A stretch of DNA of 64,000 bases, from positions 10,540,001 to 10,604,000 of the forward strand of contig JAGIQG010000023.1 of the NCBI GenBank assembly GCA_024679065.1, written 5' to 3'. Every line of letters begins with the position of its first letter. The first letter of the stretch is position 1. The notes below the pieces were generated by a model that was given only the letters and a program-made list of their open reading frames with translations, was not told the origin of the DNA and made no database searches. Made by a program: the position numbers and the translations under genes. Below are positions 38,281-52,359 of the stretch, piece by piece. The DNA comes from Sphyrna mokarran (lineage: Eukaryota).

Positions 38281-39479
38281 AAAAGACCTAATTCCAAAGC
38301 AATTTATTTATTTAACATCAAACAGCTCATTGGCAAAATAAATATATTTGTATATTTGTGTGACCATTGATCCAAAATTATTCTTAGTTGCTATTGATAC
38401 GCAGTCTAAACCAGAGTCTTTCCAAAAATGCACACAATGCTCCTTGACACACAGAGAAAAACTTCAACAAGGCTGCTTTCCATATGGAGTGCTAGAGAAA
38501 CTGAGTGGATTAAAAATTGACCAAGATCTTTGTCAATTGTCTTCCACATCCTAATCATCACAGCAATAAGTGTACAACACGGCTGACTGATTTCAATAAC
38601 ATGCTAATTTTGATTTTGATTTGATTTGATTTATTATCGTCACATACATTAGTATATAGCACAAATTGTTGTTTCTTGCATATTATACAGACAAAGCATA
38701 CGATTCACAGAGAAGGGAAGGAGAGGGTGCAGAATGTCATGTTACATCATAGCTAGGGAGTAGAGAAAGATCAACTTTGTGCGAGGTAGTTCCATTCAAA
38801 AGTCTGAATGGCAGCAGGGAAGAAGTTATTCTTGAGTCAGTTGGTACGTGACCTCAGGCTTTTAATCTTTTTCCCAAAGGAAGAAGGTGAAAAAGAGCAT
38901 GTCCAGATGCCTGAGGTCCTTGATTTTGCTGGCTGTTTTTCTGAGAGAGCAGAAAAATGCAGACAGAGTTATTAAATGGGAGTTTAGTTTGCATAATGGA
39001 CTGGGTTTGATTCATGATCCTTTGTCATTTCTTGATATCTTGGGCAAAACAGGAGCCATACCAAGCTGTGATACAAACAGAAAGGATGCTTCTATGTTGC
39101 ATCCATAAAAGTTGGTGAGAGTCATAGCTGACATGCCAAATTTCCTCAGTCTTCTGAGAAAGTAGAGGCATTGATGGGCTTTCTTAACTCAACGCTGGAC
39201 GTCAAAGAATACCAGAGAAGGCAGCATCTGTGGAGGGACCCAATGGTCAACACTTAGATAGAATATTAATACAAATATAATAAATAACACAGAGCCCAAG
39301 TAGGGGAGCATCTTAATGAGATGGGATGCAGATGTCACTATCGGTGTATAGCAGTGTCTGCTAGCAAAACACTGTCAGAAACATGCTCAAAGGTGAGGGA
39401 TGGTGAAGGGGAGAGAACAGGTGGTGAGGGTGGTTAGTTTGTTTGATGTGGTAGGTGGGAGGAAACCAGGGTGATTTTC

Positions 39480-41650
39480 ATGTTTAAACCTCAGCATTGG
39501 CGCTTACCTGAGGTGGGTCGGCAGTGAGGGGGAAGATATGTTGGATAGTGATATCACGGTGGACTTGATGGAAATAGTGGGAGATGATCCATTGAACGTG
39601 GAGACTGGTGGGGTGAAAAGTGAGGACAAGAGGGACGCTACCTTGTTCTGAGAGGGAGGGGTGGGGATGAGAGAAGTGGACCGGGGGTTGAGCTGGACAC
39701 AGTTGAGAGCCCTGTCAACCACAGTGGGTGGAAAACCATGATAAAGGAAGAAGGAAGACATATTGGCAGTGCTGTATTGAGAAGCAACATCATCTGAACA
39801 GATGCGCGGATGTGTAAGAAATGAGAGAATGGGATGGAGTGCTTACAGATGTGGGGTGTGAAAAGCTGTAATCAAGGTAGTTGTGGGAGTCAGTGGGTTT
39901 GTAATGGATACTGGTGAACGGTCTATCACCAGAAATGGAGACAGAGAAGTCAAGGAAGGGAAGAGAAGTGTCAGAGATGGACTATGTGAAGGTGGAAATC
40001 AGAAGCAAACTTGATACATTTATCTAGGTCTTGACGAGAACATGAAGTTGCATCAAAATTGACATCGATGTTTCATAAAGAAATTGTGGGGGGGGGGGGG
40101 GGGTTCAGAGTAGGACTGGAACAGGGAATGCTCCAAATAACCCATAAAAAGACAGATATAGCTGGGACCCATGTGAGTGCCTATACAGGAAACCCATAGC
40201 CATGTCTTCAATGCAGAGGATGTATGATGAGTTAAAAGAGAGATTGTTGAGCAAAAGAACCCATTTGGCCAGAGGGAGGAGAGTGGCGGTGCATGGGATG
40301 ATTCAGACCTCTGTTTGAGGAAGAAGCAAAGGGCTAAGAGACCAACCTGTGGAGAATAGAGATGTAGAGGGATTGGACATCCATGGTGAAGAGGAGGCGG
40401 TTTGTGCCAAGGAACTGGAAGTCACTGATACGGTGTAGATCATCAAAGGAATCGCAGATGTAGGTGGGAAGGGACTGGACAAGATGACAGAAAATAGAGT
40501 TAAGAGAGGAGGAAATGAATGTGGTGGGGCAGGAACGGGCTGATACAATGGGCGGATCAGTGCAGTCTTGTTTGTGGATTTTGGGAAGGAGATAGAAGGT
40601 TGTCCATGGTCAGGAGCCTATGAGATTGGAGGCTGTGAAGGTAGGTTCTCCAGAGGAAATGAAGTCATTGATAATCCTGGAAATGGTGGCTTGATGTTCG
40701 GTGGTCGGGTCACTTTCCAAAATGGAACTAGCCCACTCTGACTCACACTAGTCCATTCCTCCATCACACCCAACACCTCACCCACTGCCCACGGCACCAT
40801 GCCATGCAATCATAGAAGCTGTGACACCTGCCCCTTTACCTCCTCCTTGCTCACCGCCCCAGGTCCTTAACGCCCCTTTCAGGTGAAGCAGTGCTTCACA
40901 CGCACCTCCTCCAATCTGGCCCATTACATTTGCTGCCTTCAACGCTGTCTACTCTAAATCAAACGCAGACTGGGCAACTGCTTTGGGGAACACCTTTGGT
41001 CCGTCTGCAAGTAGAACCCTGACCTTCCTGTCGCTTGCCCTTTCAACACACCGCCCTGCTCTCCTGTCCACATGTCCGTCCTTTGGCAATGTTCTAGCAA
41101 AACCCCAATGCAAACTGAAGGAACAGCACCTCATCTTCCAATTGAGCACTTTACAACCTTCTGAACAGAACATTGAGTTCAACAACTTCAGAGCACAAAC
41201 TCTCCCCTCCACCTTCACTCTTTTCTATTTACTTTATTACCTATCATTTCATTCAACCATTTTATCATGCTTCTTTTTCACTTCTATTTTTCCACTGCTC
41301 CATTCCAGCTCTCCTTCTTTCCCACTTCACTCCCCCACCCCTTTCAGTGAAACTGCCACATTCCTCAGGCTGTCCTTTTAATAATCTGTGCCGCTGTTCC
41401 GTCATTCTCACATTCTGATCACTGAATGGACACTCTTAGCATTTTCTCAGCCTTTTGTACTGTCATTTACATTTCCTTTGTCCCACCCACTCCAATCTCT
41501 ACTGATTAGAACATAGAACACAGAACACTACAGCCCAAACAGGCCCTTCGGCCTACAAGGCCTCTTTCTCTCACCTCTGACCAAGGATCATCCAAACTGG
41601 AAACATTGGGCTCTGTTCTCTCCCCACAGATGCTGTTAGACCAGCTAAGA
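39480..41650. mobile_element. Old rearranged Penelope-like element: RT part on - (about 39480-40720), GIY-YIG end and 3' UTR on + (about 40730-41650)
   Basis: MSSFFLYHGFPPTVVDRAL (-) and LKEQHLIFQLSTLQPSEQNIEFNNFR (+). Confidence 0.7.
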
Positions 41651-42111
41651 TTTTGCAGCATTTTCTGTTTTTTTTGTACTAACTACTGTGTCACCATACC
41701 ACCCTACAGATCCTAGCCTAGACCCTTTACTGTATATGTGCAAATCCTTCCAATGAATACTTGCAGTTAACCAATGGAAGAACATGGAGTCTTTTTCAAA
41801 ACTGATGCCTTTCCAACAGTTCTATCTTTGCAGATCCATCACAAAAAAAAGAGAAACTCCTTTTGTCAATTAAAGTTATATAGTGGTTCTACTGACCAAT
41901 TGGATGGTGATTTATATACATCATTTGCATGAGCAAGAGGGTTTGGAGTCGAGTGCTAAGGTACACACGTCATACTGATTCACTTCATATACTTCAAGCA
42001 TCTTTCTGAACATCAGCCGAGTTCCGTATCTCAGGTTCTCCAGCCATATCCGTCATGTTGCTCAGTGGAAGGAACATTTATATTCTTAATGGCTCCACGG
42101 CACAGCAAGGA

Positions 42112-42250
42112 GACTCATAACACCGGATTAAAGTCCACCAGGCTTATTTGGTAGTGGCTTGTGCTACCAAATAAACCTGCTGGACCTTAGACTGGTGTTG
42201 TGAGACTTCCTACTGTGTGCTAACCCCAGTCCAACACCAGCATCTCCACC
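42112..42250. mobile_element. Palindromic Penelope pLTR remnant
   Basis: Inverted arms like 28460-28612; ends ccccagtccaacaccagcatctccac. Confidence 0.75.
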
Positions 42251-42603
42251 CCACGACAAAGCCCAGTGTCTCGTGTTAGCATCCGAACAAAGCAGACTGC
42301 ACAGGCTAACTTTAACATGAATGAAAAGGGGAAAGTGCTGGAAGTGCGGACTCTGCACAGACAGTGACCCAAGCCAGAAATCCAACCTGGATCCTGTGTG
42401 CTAATCTGACAAATAACGACACACGGTAAATTTTGAGGCATGAATATAGTTCTAAGCTTTGAAATGTAATGACTGTAATTTGTATATTACTGTAAAAATG
42501 TTTTATTCTGCACTGTTTGCAATTTGTAGACATGTAGGTTTGCAATAGCTTAACTGAAATTTTTATGAATAAAGTATATTTTTGGAAAAGAAAACAGTGA
42601 GGC

Positions 42604-42725
42604 CATGATATGGAGATGCCGGCGTTGGACTGGGGTAAGCACAGTAAAGAAGTCTCACAATATCAGGTTAAAGTGCTACCAAAAAAACGTGTTGGGCTTT
42701 AAACCTGACATTGTGAGAGTTTTTA
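42604..42725. mobile_element. Palindromic Penelope pLTR remnant
   Basis: catgatatggagatgccggcgttggactgggg start as at 55204, with a short inverted arm. Confidence 0.75.
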
Positions 42726-44349
42726 TCGTGGCAGCAGTGCTAACCATGTTCTCCTGTCCATATCACAATTTGCTGCTGCAGCCAAGATTGGAACCAATTG
42801 AACTAAAATGAACCAAATCTTTTGTTAAAAGAATAAATTGTGAACAAGAAGGTAAAATGCAGCAGCTGAAAGTGCTTCTTTGAAATGAAAAGCCTCGAGC
42901 AGCATGTTTTGTGCGTTTGTTACCACGAGAGGGTGGAGTGGCTCGATTCAATGTAAATTCATTGGTGGAAGTGTAGGATTTAACTCAGCAAAGGTTACCA
43001 GCCCCAACAACAGAGCAGCTTCAAGCAATAACTAGCCCAAAGGGACTCACTGTGAGGAAGTGGGTACAATATACTGAGCAACTAGAAATGCTGGCTGAGC
43101 AGCTTGGCCTCAACTGGAACAGACAGAAGACACAAACCCAACATGGACCAGGTTACCCTCGGCAAGATTAAGCTGGAGGAGCAGAGGCAAGAGTTAGAGT
43201 TTGAGGCAGGGAAGGAAAAGGGGGATTCCAAGAAAGAGAGTTGGAGTGAGCCTTCCTGCTGGAGAAGCTTGAGGATGAATTACAAGCACCAAATGAGCGG
43301 GAACTAAAGCAGATTGAACAGCAAAGAAGAAATTGTCTTTACCCCACGGGGACATCACTTGGCTGGCACCACATCCTCAACCATCCACTCCCCTCCCCCC
43401 CCCCCCCCCCAACGTTCAGTAGCAGCAGTGTACACTATCTACACAGTACACTACAGCAATTCACCAAAGATCCTTAGACAGCATCTTCCAAACCCAAAAG
43501 CTCTTCCAGCTAGAAGAACAAGGGCAGCCGATACACGGGAATGCCATCACCTGCAAGTTCCCCTCCAAGCCACTCACCCACCCTGACTTGGAAATATATC
43601 GCTGTTCCTTCACAGTTGCTGGGGTCAAAATCCTGGAATTCCCTCCCAAACAGCTGGTTAGGTGGTCTCACTAAATGTTACATGTCAGATATTGAATGTA
43701 GCACTGAGGAGAGGTTTGACAACAGAGTTTCAACATGTTGGATCTAATTGAAAACACGATTAGATTTCAGAGGAATGAAGAGCCCCTGCAATTGATTTGA
43801 TTTCTTTTTATTTATTATTCTCACATGTATTGGGATACAGTAAAAAGTATTGCTTCTTGCACTCTACACAGACAATGCATACCATTTACAGAGAACTTAG
43901 GGACAGTGGAAAGAAGAGGGTGCTGAATATAGTATTACAGTCATGCCTGGGGTGTAGAGAAAGATAGAGCTCTAAGAATAAATGAATAGAAATCTGATAA
44001 GCTTGGTCTCTCTTTGGATCTCGTAAACCTGAGGGAGCAAACACCTCAGTTCTAAATACTACGTATGTGCCTTAATTTAAAACACCGTCAGTCCTGTTTC
44101 TCTTTACACTTCCTGAAAACTAATTCAAACTGATTCCCATCCCTCCAATTAAATTGTTGATCATGACCCAAACAGAATGCATTGGAATTAATTTCCGATG
44201 TAAAGCACCAAGGAGGGTAGATTTATTTCTTCAACACACATTACAGCAAAAAGTAGAGCAACCAGAAGTTCAAGCTGAAAATGTATTTACAAAGAAGATG
44301 TCTTTCCTTTGATAACATCTTTATGTAACATTACATTTGGACAACAGTT

Positions 44350-44470
44350 AACCAATCATTTCCTGAAATTAACATCAACACAAACTATGTTGTTAAAGAG
44401 TGTGGTTGGTCAACTTCCTTGATCCTGTGGGTGTGGAGGAGATAGTTCCACTGCTATCAGGAAGTAAATG
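44350..44470 (+). promoter_or_regulatory. Putative gene C promoter (CCAAT, RUNX, ETS)
   Basis: CCAAT at 44352, TGTGGTT at 44401-44407, ACTTCCT at 44413-44419, CAGGAAGT at 44458-44465. Confidence 0.55.
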
Positions 44471-44540
44471 ATGTAGTGCAGACCTTCTGAGTGATTTGGA
44501 GACACTTGTGCTGAAAACTGTGGATACTTTCGCCAGGACT

Positions 44541-44580
44541 ATGACGTTCAGCGCATTCCTGATCCTCACTTCGATATCAA
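44541..44580 (+). pseudogene. Gene C leader exon with mutated splice donor
   Basis: MTFSAFLILTSIS+a, exactly 40 nt like gene B exon 1 (AxLILxSxS conserved), followed by ttaaga instead of gtaag. Confidence 0.7.
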
Positions 44581-45145
44581 TTAAGATTTTTCCAGTGGAT
44601 GACTAAACGTGGAATGACTGTTCAAGTTTATGTAGAATCTTCATCTGAGGAAAATGGCTCAAAGTTCTTTACACAGGAGTAAAGAAACACAGACTCAGGG
44701 CCAAAGGAGGGCAGGTTGAAAGGGTGAACCTAAAACTCAGTCGAAGAGATGGGTTTTAAAGAGGGGGAAGAGGGATTTAACGAGGAGGAGAGGTTTGACA
44801 ACAGAGTTGCAAAATGTTGGATCTAATTGAAAACACGGCCAGGAATGGTGGGGCACTTGATTTCAGAGGAATGGAGAGACTCCTCTGGGAGGGGGATAGT
44901 GGAATATCGGAGTACATTACAGGAATGTGAACAATTGAGTGTAATTTATAAATTAATCTAGAAATCCACATGGTGCTCACTCCTGCCACCCAGAGATAGC
45001 GACAGGAAAAGAATCCATCATACCTTTCATGCCTGAAGTAAAGAAAGAGAGGAAGATGGGGAATAAGGACAGCCTAGATAGATCTCCCTGAGAGTTCTGC
45101 AGTTACAATAATGGGCAGTAGAGTTTCTTTCTGTGCTGTGAAATA

Positions 45146-45442
45146 CGGGAGTGACAGTGTGATTAGCACTGCTACCTCACAGCGCCAGGCGCTTGGGTTC
45201 AATTCACAGCTTGGGTCACTGTCTATGCAGAGTCTACACACTCTCCCCAGGTCTGTGGGTTTCCTCCGGATGCTCCGGTTTCCTCCCACAGTTCGAAAGA
45301 TGTGCAGGTTAGATGCATTGGCCACGCTAAATTCTCCCTCGGTGTATCCAAACAGGCATCTTAGTTGGCAACTGGGGGATTTTCACAGTAACTTCATTGC
45401 AGTGTTAATGTCAGCCTACTTGTGACATTAATAAATAAACTT
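45146..45442 (+). mobile_element. V-SINE with aataaataaacttt-type tail
   Basis: A/B boxes, V-domain; same subfamily as 48224-48523 (+) and 54310-54510 (-). Confidence 0.85.
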
Positions 45443-46139
45443 TGCTACGTTGCCCACATGGAAATCAAATATTTCAGGATACAGATTAAACCCATTACTT
45501 CCCAAATGTCATGTCGAAGAAATTCTTGCCTGCGCCCTCAAATATCTTTCCTGCCATGCTATCTATTGAATAAGATAACACATCCTCACTTCTGACCAAT
45601 TAACATCCCTTCATAATATAGATCAACTTTACATTTTAGATATTGTGTTTCTGCTTCAAATACGATTAAAGAAACACAGACAAAACTTCTGGGGTCTAAA
45701 GGAACCTCTATATTCAGAGAGAATGTGGCTCCACCTCACCCAGGTTTTTATCTTTATAAAATATTTACCAGGCTGGGAAGGCGAATGAGATTACAGTCCT
45801 GGTGCTGAGATTCTATAGTGGAGGCCATTTCCTTATTCACTCCTGCTCGCGATGACACAAAGGCAGAAAGGACGTTACTCAAAAAGCTGGATATATTGCT
45901 CCTGCTGGAAGTGTACAGGCTTCAAGTTCACTGGCTTGGCCTCACCTCAGTGCCAGGATGAGGGGCTTACCTGCAGAATGTGCTTCTCTCTCTCAGTGAG
46001 TTGGTGTCACATTCCTGTACCCCACTCCCTACTGCAATGGCAGCTGTCCCAGAACACATCCAGTCACCAAATGCATCACAAAGATGGCCACTGTCACAAT
46101 TGGCTCAATCCTGAAGGAGCTGCTCCAAAGTATGTGTGT

Positions 46140-46640
46140 ACTTGGAATATTATGTTCAATTCTGATCATCTCACTACCAGAAGGATGTGAAGGCTTTGGA
46201 GAAGGTATAGAAAAGATTTACCAGGCTGATGTCTGATGTGAAGGACATTAGCTATGAGGAGAGGTTGGAGAAACTTGGTTTGTTGTCACTGGAACGAGAG
46301 AGGTTGAGGGGAGACCAATAGAAGTCTACAAGATTATGAGAGACATGGATAGTCAGTGGATAGTCAGAAAGTTTTTCACAGGATGGAAGAGTCAATTACT
46401 TGGGGGCATAGGTTTAAGGGAGATCTACAAGGCAGATTTTTTACTCAGTAGGTGGTGGGTGCCTGGAACTCATTGCCAGGGGAGGTAACGGAAGCAGATA
46501 CGGTAGTGGCTTTTAATGGGAATAGAGAGATATGATCCCTGGAAGAAAGGGAGTTTTAGTTCAGTTGGGCAGCATGATCGATGCAGACTTGGAGGGCCAA
46601 AGGGCCTGATCCTGTGCTGTAATTTTCTTTGTTCTTTGTT
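46140..46640 (+). mobile_element. Degenerate CR1 3' end
   Basis: agaaggatgtgaaggctttggag...gggccaaagggcctg...ttctttgttctttgtt tail. Confidence 0.8.
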
Positions 46641-46647
46641 CCGTATT

Positions 46648-47930
46648 CACATGCACACACACGCACGCACGTGCACGCACACATGAAAACATGCACATAC
46701 ACATGCATACACACACAAGCACGCACACACATAGGCATATGCACACACACATGCACATACACGCATACAGACATGCATGCACAGATACACAAGCACATAC
46801 ACACCTACACTCACACAAATACAAGCACACACACTCTCACACACATATACGTACATACACATGCACACACATGTATACACATTCAAATAAACATGTGAAC
46901 ACACATACACACACTCACACAAACCCACACATACTCACATACGCACATATACAGAAATAAATACACACACCTATATGCACATTCACACATTTACATAACA
47001 CACATGCATGCAAGTACATACATATATGCACATGCATACACACACACTTCCATACACAAGTGCACACAGTCATACACACACACATACGCACACACACAAG
47101 CACAAATACACACACACATACACAGACACAGACACATACAAACGCATGCACACATGCACAGCATTCACGAACGTACATGCATACACACACATTCACATAC
47201 ACAAATGCGCACATGCATATACACACAAACACACAAAAACACGCACAAACACACATGCACATACAGACATACACATGCACAAGCACACGTGGAAACACGC
47301 GTGCACACACATTCACATACAGATGCCTGCATACACACTCGCACATACACGCATGCATAGACACTCATACACATGTGCGTGCACACACACATGCATGCAC
47401 GTATGCATGCAAACTCACATGCATATATGCATACACACACATGTACTTACATAAACACACATGCATACACATGCATGCATGCACACACACACTCACATAC
47501 ACATGCACCCATGCAAGCACATACATATGCATACACGCACACATACATAAACAAGCACACACATACACATGCATTCACATACACAAGCACGCACATACAT
47601 TCACACACACAAACACACACTCATACACATACACAAGCACGCATAAATATACATGCCTACGCACATACACAAACACACACATGCACGCACATACACGTGC
47701 CTCTCTCCCATACAGACACACACACTCTCACTCCCAAGGACACACACCCACACAATCCCTCATAGACATGCATACAGACTCACACATTCCCTTACACGTA
47801 CACCCTCAATTTCTCTCTTACTCTCTCTCTCTCGCACACACACATATGCACACATTCTCTTTTTCTCCTTCTCACTCTCTCTCCCACAAAATCACTATCC
47901 TCTCTCACTCCCACAAACACTCACTCACAC
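46648..47930. repeat. Large degenerate (CA/TG)n microsatellite field, about 1.3 kb
   Basis: Alternating purine-pyrimidine CA/CATA/CATG repeats ending in a CT-rich tract. Confidence 0.95.
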
Positions 47931-48984
47931 ATATGGGGCTCTGCTCAACAGAGTCTCTCTCCTGGGCCTTGTGGCCAGCTCTCTTCCCCAGGCCCTCCTC
48001 ACCCTTGTCCCCAGGCCCAGTTTGGGGATGCTGGATTGGGTTCTGTGCACTCGAAGAGTAACACCCCACTGGTGGAAGGGCAGATTGAGAGGCAGTTGTG
48101 CAATTCTTGGGATTTTAAATATGAATACTAATTATAAAAATGAGGAGTTACATTAAACCTTTACTGCTCACTTGTTAGGTCTTTGCTGGAGTATTGGGTA
48201 CTTCAATATGGGGATATAGAAAGGGGCAGCACGGTGTCACAATGATTAGCACTGCTGCCTCACAGCACCAGGGAATTGGGTTCGATTTCTGGCTTGAGTT
48301 ACTGTCTGTGTAACGTCTGCACATTCTCCCTGTATCTGCGTGGGGTTCCACAGGGTGCTCCGGTTTCCTCCCACAGACTGAAACTCTTGCTGGTTAAATG
48401 CATTCTTCCTCAGTGTGCCCAAACAGGTGCCACTGTGTGTCGATGAGAAGATTTTCACACAAACTTCATTGCACTGTTGCATTACATTGTAATGTAAGCC
48501 TATTTGTGACTAAAAATAAACTTTACAATTTTGGTCACCACACCCAAGAAACGAGGCAAAGGCACAGGGTGGATTTACTGGAAAGGTGCCAGGGATGAGG
48601 GAATTTGATTATGTGAACAGATTGGAGAAACTGGATTATTGTTCTTGGGACAGAGAACATCAAAGAGAAATCTAATCAATGTATTGAAAATGAAGAAAGG
48701 ATTTAAAACGTAGTTGGATATGTGTTTGGAGGGGACTAATGTGCACGCTTATGGGGGAAGCTGGGCTGTGGGATTCAATTGGACAATAATTTTTCAATGA
48801 GCTGGCACAGACATGACAGGCCGAATGTCCTCCATCTCTGCTTTAAGATTCTTGATTCCAGTCCCACCCAGAACTTGTGTGTGTCCCCTTGTGAAGCACT
48901 AGCTAGCATTGCACCAAAAGGATTGTCTACAATTGGGTGTTGGGATATTTCCAGCTTTCTTAAAACGTTATGTTTCACCAACAG

Positions 48985-49311
48985 TTTTATGGACACAAAC
49001 TGCCTCGATAGAGATGAAAGCTGCAGTGGGACAAACCATCACTGTGGAATGTCCAGGGGTAACACGGTACAAACACCGAGAAATCTGGTGGTGTAAGAAA
49101 ACTTCAAATAATTCTTGCAATCATGTATCAAGCATTTCTAGAGATGGTATCAGGAATGCTGACGCAAGAACCTTGATTGCGAATACCAATGGTAAAATTT
49201 CTGTAACCATAAAACAACTTCAGGAGACAGATACAGGAACATACTGGTGTGGAATTCAACATGAAAACTCTATCCGTATTTTCGATGTTGTAACACTGAA
49301 GGTTTTCACAG
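48985..49311 (+). CDS. Gene C V-set Ig exon 1 (CD300/pIgR type, intact)
   Basis: caccaacag acceptor, cag|gtaaga donor, 327 nt, phase 1-1; GQTITVEC...WWCKKTSNNSC (Cx7C)...LQETDTGTYWCGI. Confidence 0.9.
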
Positions 49312-50563
49312 GTAAGAATATTTCAGAAGATTGATTTTATCTTTGATAATGTGATCTGGCTGCAATAACACAGGGCTGCTGCTGTGTGAACTCAGATTAA
49401 TAAAATATCACAACTCCTCATGTACAAGTAGTGACCTCCCATTTCTATCCATTTCCATTAACCTATTTCCACATCCTTTCTGTTTATATTCTTCCAAATC
49501 AAAAATCATATTCCACCCAAGGCTCCTTTATTGATTCTTTCATGCAATGTGAGTTTCTGGAACAGTATTTATTGCACATCCCCAATGATCCTTAAATGCC
49601 TTCTTGAATCACTGCAGCTCATGAAGTGTACGTACATCCACAGTGCTGTTAGGGAGGGAGTTCCAGGATTGAACCAGTGACAACGAAGGAACAGAGATAG
49701 ATTCCCCAGGCTGGATGGTGTGTGTTTTGGAGGGAAGATTGTCAGTGGTGGTGTTCCCATGTTCCCGCTTCTCTCCTCCTTCTAGGTGTTAGATGTTATA
49801 TGTTTGGAAGGAGATGCTTTGTGTCTTCATAGTAACTTCTAATAGATCGAAGATGACTTAATGTGGTTTGAATCAATAAATGTTTTATTGCCAACAATAT
49901 TGCATGCTTGCCTTCATCGGACTGGGCATCGAGTATAAAAGTTGGCAAATTAAGTTACAATTGTTTAAAACATTGGTGAGGTCACATTTTGAATACTGTG
50001 TCCAATTCTGCTTAGCACAACATTAGAAGGATGTAGAGGCTTTGGAGAGAGTGCAGAAGAAATTGCTGGTATGGGGGTATTCACTATGAGGAGAGATTGA
50101 ATGAACTGGAATTGTTCTCGCTGGAAAGATGGAGGCTGAGACAAACTGGTAGAAATTTATAAAATTATGACAGGTATAGATAGGGTGAACATTTGGAAGC
50201 CTTTTCCCAGGGCAGAAAGGACAATTACAAGTGAGAACGAGTTCAAGTTAAAGGGGAAAAGGTTCAGTGGAGATGTGCGGGGGAAGTCTTTTCACACCAG
50301 GGATGATGGGGGCCTGGAATGCACTGCCAAGTGAGTGATTGAGGCAATTACTTTAGTCGAATATAAGACGTATATCGATAGGCATAGAAACAAACAGGGA
50401 ATAGAGGGAGATAAGCAATTGGTTTATTTAGGTAAACATGCACAAGCTTGGAGAGCCGAAGGGCCTGTTCATGTGCTTACTGTTCTTTGTAATAAGAATA
50501 TATATATCTATACAACAAAGTCAGAACGAATTACAATGTGAATCTACTACTACTCGACTCCCA

Positions 50564-50602
<39 letters not shown>

Positions 50603-51545
50603 CAGTCTTCCTCTTCTGCCCTCCATCCTGATCTTGGGCTTTGCTCAGCAAAGTCTCTCTCCTGGGCCTTGTGCCCAATTCTTCTCCCCAGGCCCTCGTC
50701 ACGCTTGTCCTCTGGCCAGTTTGGAAGTGCTGGAGTTGGATTCCAAGCACTCTGATAGCAATACTTCACTGGTGGAAGGGCAGGTTGGGAGATAGTTGTG
50801 GGATTCTTGGGATTTTAAATGGGAATATTAGTTATAAAAATGAGGAGTAACACTACACCTTTACTGCTCACTGGATAGCTCTCTGCTCGAGTATTGGATT
50901 TAATTCTGGGCACCATATCAAGGAAGGAGGTTAATGCCCTGGCAAGCGCACAGAGCAGATTCACCAGGATAGTGCCAGGGATGAGGGAGTTTGGCTATGT
51001 GAACAGATTGGAGAAACTGGGATTATTGTCCTTGAAACAGAAAAGATTAAAGGGAAATCTAATCAATATATTGAAAATGAGGAAGAGAGAGAAATATGAA
51101 GAGAGAAATTATTTCCTCTCACTGGTGGATTGGTAACCAGAGATCATAGATTTCAAATAGTTGGAATACAAACCAGTGGATAAATGAGGGGAAATTATTT
51201 CATGCAGAAGATTGTTATGAAGCGGAATTCACCATTTGCAATGGTGATGGAATGAGATTAAAAAGGAACTTTCAAAAGGACATGTGTTTGGAGGGGACTA
51301 ATGTGCAAGGTTGTGGGGGAGGCTGGGCCATGGGATTCAATTGGACAATAAATTTCCAATGAGCTAGCAGAGACATGACAGGCCGAATGTTCTCCATCTC
51401 TGCTTTAAGATTCTTGATTCCAGTCCCACCCAGAACTTGTGTGTGTCCCCTTGTGAAGCACTGGCAGCATTGCACCAAAAGGATTGTCTACAATTGGGTG
51501 TTGGGATAATTCCTGCTTTCTTAAAACGTTATGTTTCACCAACAG

Positions 51546-51872
51546 TTTTACGGAGACTAACTGCCTCAACAGTGATGAAAGCTGCAGTGGGAGAAACCAT
51601 CACTGTGGAATGTCCACAAACAACACGGCACAAACAACGAGAAATCTCGGGGTGTAAGAAAACTTCACAAACTTATTGTAATCATATACCGAGCAGGTAT
51701 AGATACAGAGTTAAGAATGTTGATGCAAGAACATCGATCGCTAATACCAACAGTAAAATTTCCATAACCATAAAACAACTTCAGGAGACAGATACAGGAA
51801 CATACCGGTGTGGAGTTCTACATGTAAACTCTCTCCATGTTTTAGATGTTATAACACTGAAGGTTTTCTCAG
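51546..51872 (+). CDS. Gene C V-set Ig exon 2 (open but lacks conserved Trp residues)
   Basis: Same splice sites and length; ISGCKK replaces IWWCKK and YRCG replaces YWCG. Confidence 0.75.
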
Positions 51873-52359
51873 GTAAGAATATTTCAGAAGATTGATTATA
51901 ACTCTGATAATGTGATCTGGCTGTAATAACACAAACAGCTGCTGTGTGCTGTGTGAACGCAGATTAATAAAATATCACAACTCCTCTTGTACAAGTATTT
52001 CCATTTCTATCCATTTTCATTAACCTGCTTCTGCATCCTTTTCATACATACTTTTACAAATCAAAAATCATATTCTTCCCAAGGCTCCTTTACTGATTAT
52101 TTCATGCGACGTGGGTGTCTGGAACAGCATTTATTGTACATTTCTAATTATCCTTGAACTGCCTTCTTGAATCACTGTAGCTCATGAAGTGTCACAGTGC
52201 TGTTAGGGAGGGAGTTCCAGGATTGAGCCAGTGTCATATTCCCCAGTCTGGATGGTGTGTGTTTTGGAGGGAAGTTTGTCAGTGGTGTTCCCATGCATTT
52301 GCTTCTCTTCTTCTAGATGTTAGATATTGCAGGTTTGGAAGGAGATTTAATTGCTCGCT

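Noticed and set aside
46556-48156. Many His/Thr- and Cys/Val-rich ORFs up to 333 aa
   Set aside because: Translations of the CA microsatellite field
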